Assembly: GCA_020184695.1 (NCBI GenBank) | Contig: JAANOX010000153.1 | Location: forward strand, 248,001 to 312,000 | Length of the DNA: 64,000 nucleotides | Origin: Histomonas meleagridis 2922-C6/04-290x | Taxonomy: Eukaryota; Protista; Parabasalia | Direction: 5' to 3' | Part shown: positions 63,579 through 64,000 of the stretch, piece after piece | Position numbering within the stretch: position 1 is the stretch's first letter | Layout: each line of letters starts with the position of its first letter | The notes under the pieces: model-generated | What the model saw: the letters and a program-made list of their open reading frames with translations, nothing else | The model's database searches: none | What the model was told of the DNA's origin: nothing | Program-made: the position numbers and the translations under genes

Positions 63579-63950
63579 ATGCTTGCCTTTTCTTCTTATC
63601 ATCGTTTTTTCCCTGTCGGGTACTCTGCATTTGTTAACGATGGGGAATTCAAAGAAAAAGCTGCTCAGTTGTTTTCTGATATGAGCGATATTTTATCAGA
63701 TAAATACCAAAATTTAGGAGACAACTTTTATGTGGATGCAACTGATGAAGCACTAACAATAAAAGTCAAAAACTGTAACTTTCTTTTAAGCAGACAAACG
63801 CCAAACCATCAAATCTGGTTTTCAACACCAATTTCGGGTTCGCTAAAATTTGACTTTGACTCTGATGCACAAAAGTGGGTTTGCAACAAAAATAAGCACT
63901 TAGATCTGGATACTTGCTTGGAAAAAGAAATTGCTGTTTCCTTAAAATAA
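63579..63950 (+). CDS. FXN: Frataxin with hydrogenosomal-type presequence
   Basis: LLSRQTPNHQIWFSTPISGSLKFDF is the frataxin signature; N-terminus MLAFSSYHRF resembles ML...RF/N hydrogenosomal leaders. Confidence 0.9.
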   Translation: MLAFSSYHRFFPVGYSAFVNDGEFKEKAAQLFSDMSDILSDKYQNLGDNFYVDATDEALTIKVKNCNFLLSRQTPNHQIWFSTPISGSLKFDFDSDAQKWVCNKNKHLDLDTCLEKEIAVSLK

Positions 63951-64000
63951 AAACAAATTTTATAATAAAATAAAGATACACAATCTGAAAACTGTATCAA

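Noticed and set aside
287-64000. Numerous short overlapping/antisense ORFs in the track (e.g. 410-643, 6290-6583, 39984-40490, 41193-41615, 61986-62324)
   Set aside because: They overlap well-supported genes and have no recognisable domains.

Overview
AT-rich, gene-dense, intron-poor eukaryotic DNA, most consistent with a parabasalid (Tritrichomonas/Trichomonas-like). This is inferred from BspA- and Pmp-like surface proteins, a frataxin with a hydrogenosomal-type presequence, TCACT initiator motifs and expanded ankyrin/Hsp70 families. The window holds about 30 protein genes, two tRNAs, a 6.7-kb RLE-type non-LTR retrotransposon inserted at the 3' end of tRNA-Lys(UUU) with a 27-bp target-site duplication, a Tc1-like remnant and one canonical 23-nt GT-AG intron (MOB1). 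The main discovery is an ankyrin-repeat gene (11227-14968) that looks like a pseudogene but is cryptically intact. Each of 15 inter-repeat spacers is built from modules of [17 non-coding nt + 1 codon]. Removing the 58 elements (56 of 17 nt, 2 of 18 nt; none ends in AG) restores canonical D-x-x-G-x-TAL ankyrin linkers (e.g. KD-NNGR-TAL, KD-EDGK-TAL, KD-KYGK-TAL) and a ~917-aa ORF. The same architecture recurs at two other loci (21869-22103, ~44766-45180). This points to a fixed-length, non-GT-AG excision system with single-codon micro-exons that I do not recognise from any described system. Whether removal happens at the RNA, DNA or translation level cannot be determined from sequence alone. 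The assembly shows homopolymer indel errors (actin), so single-base deviations should be read cautiously.
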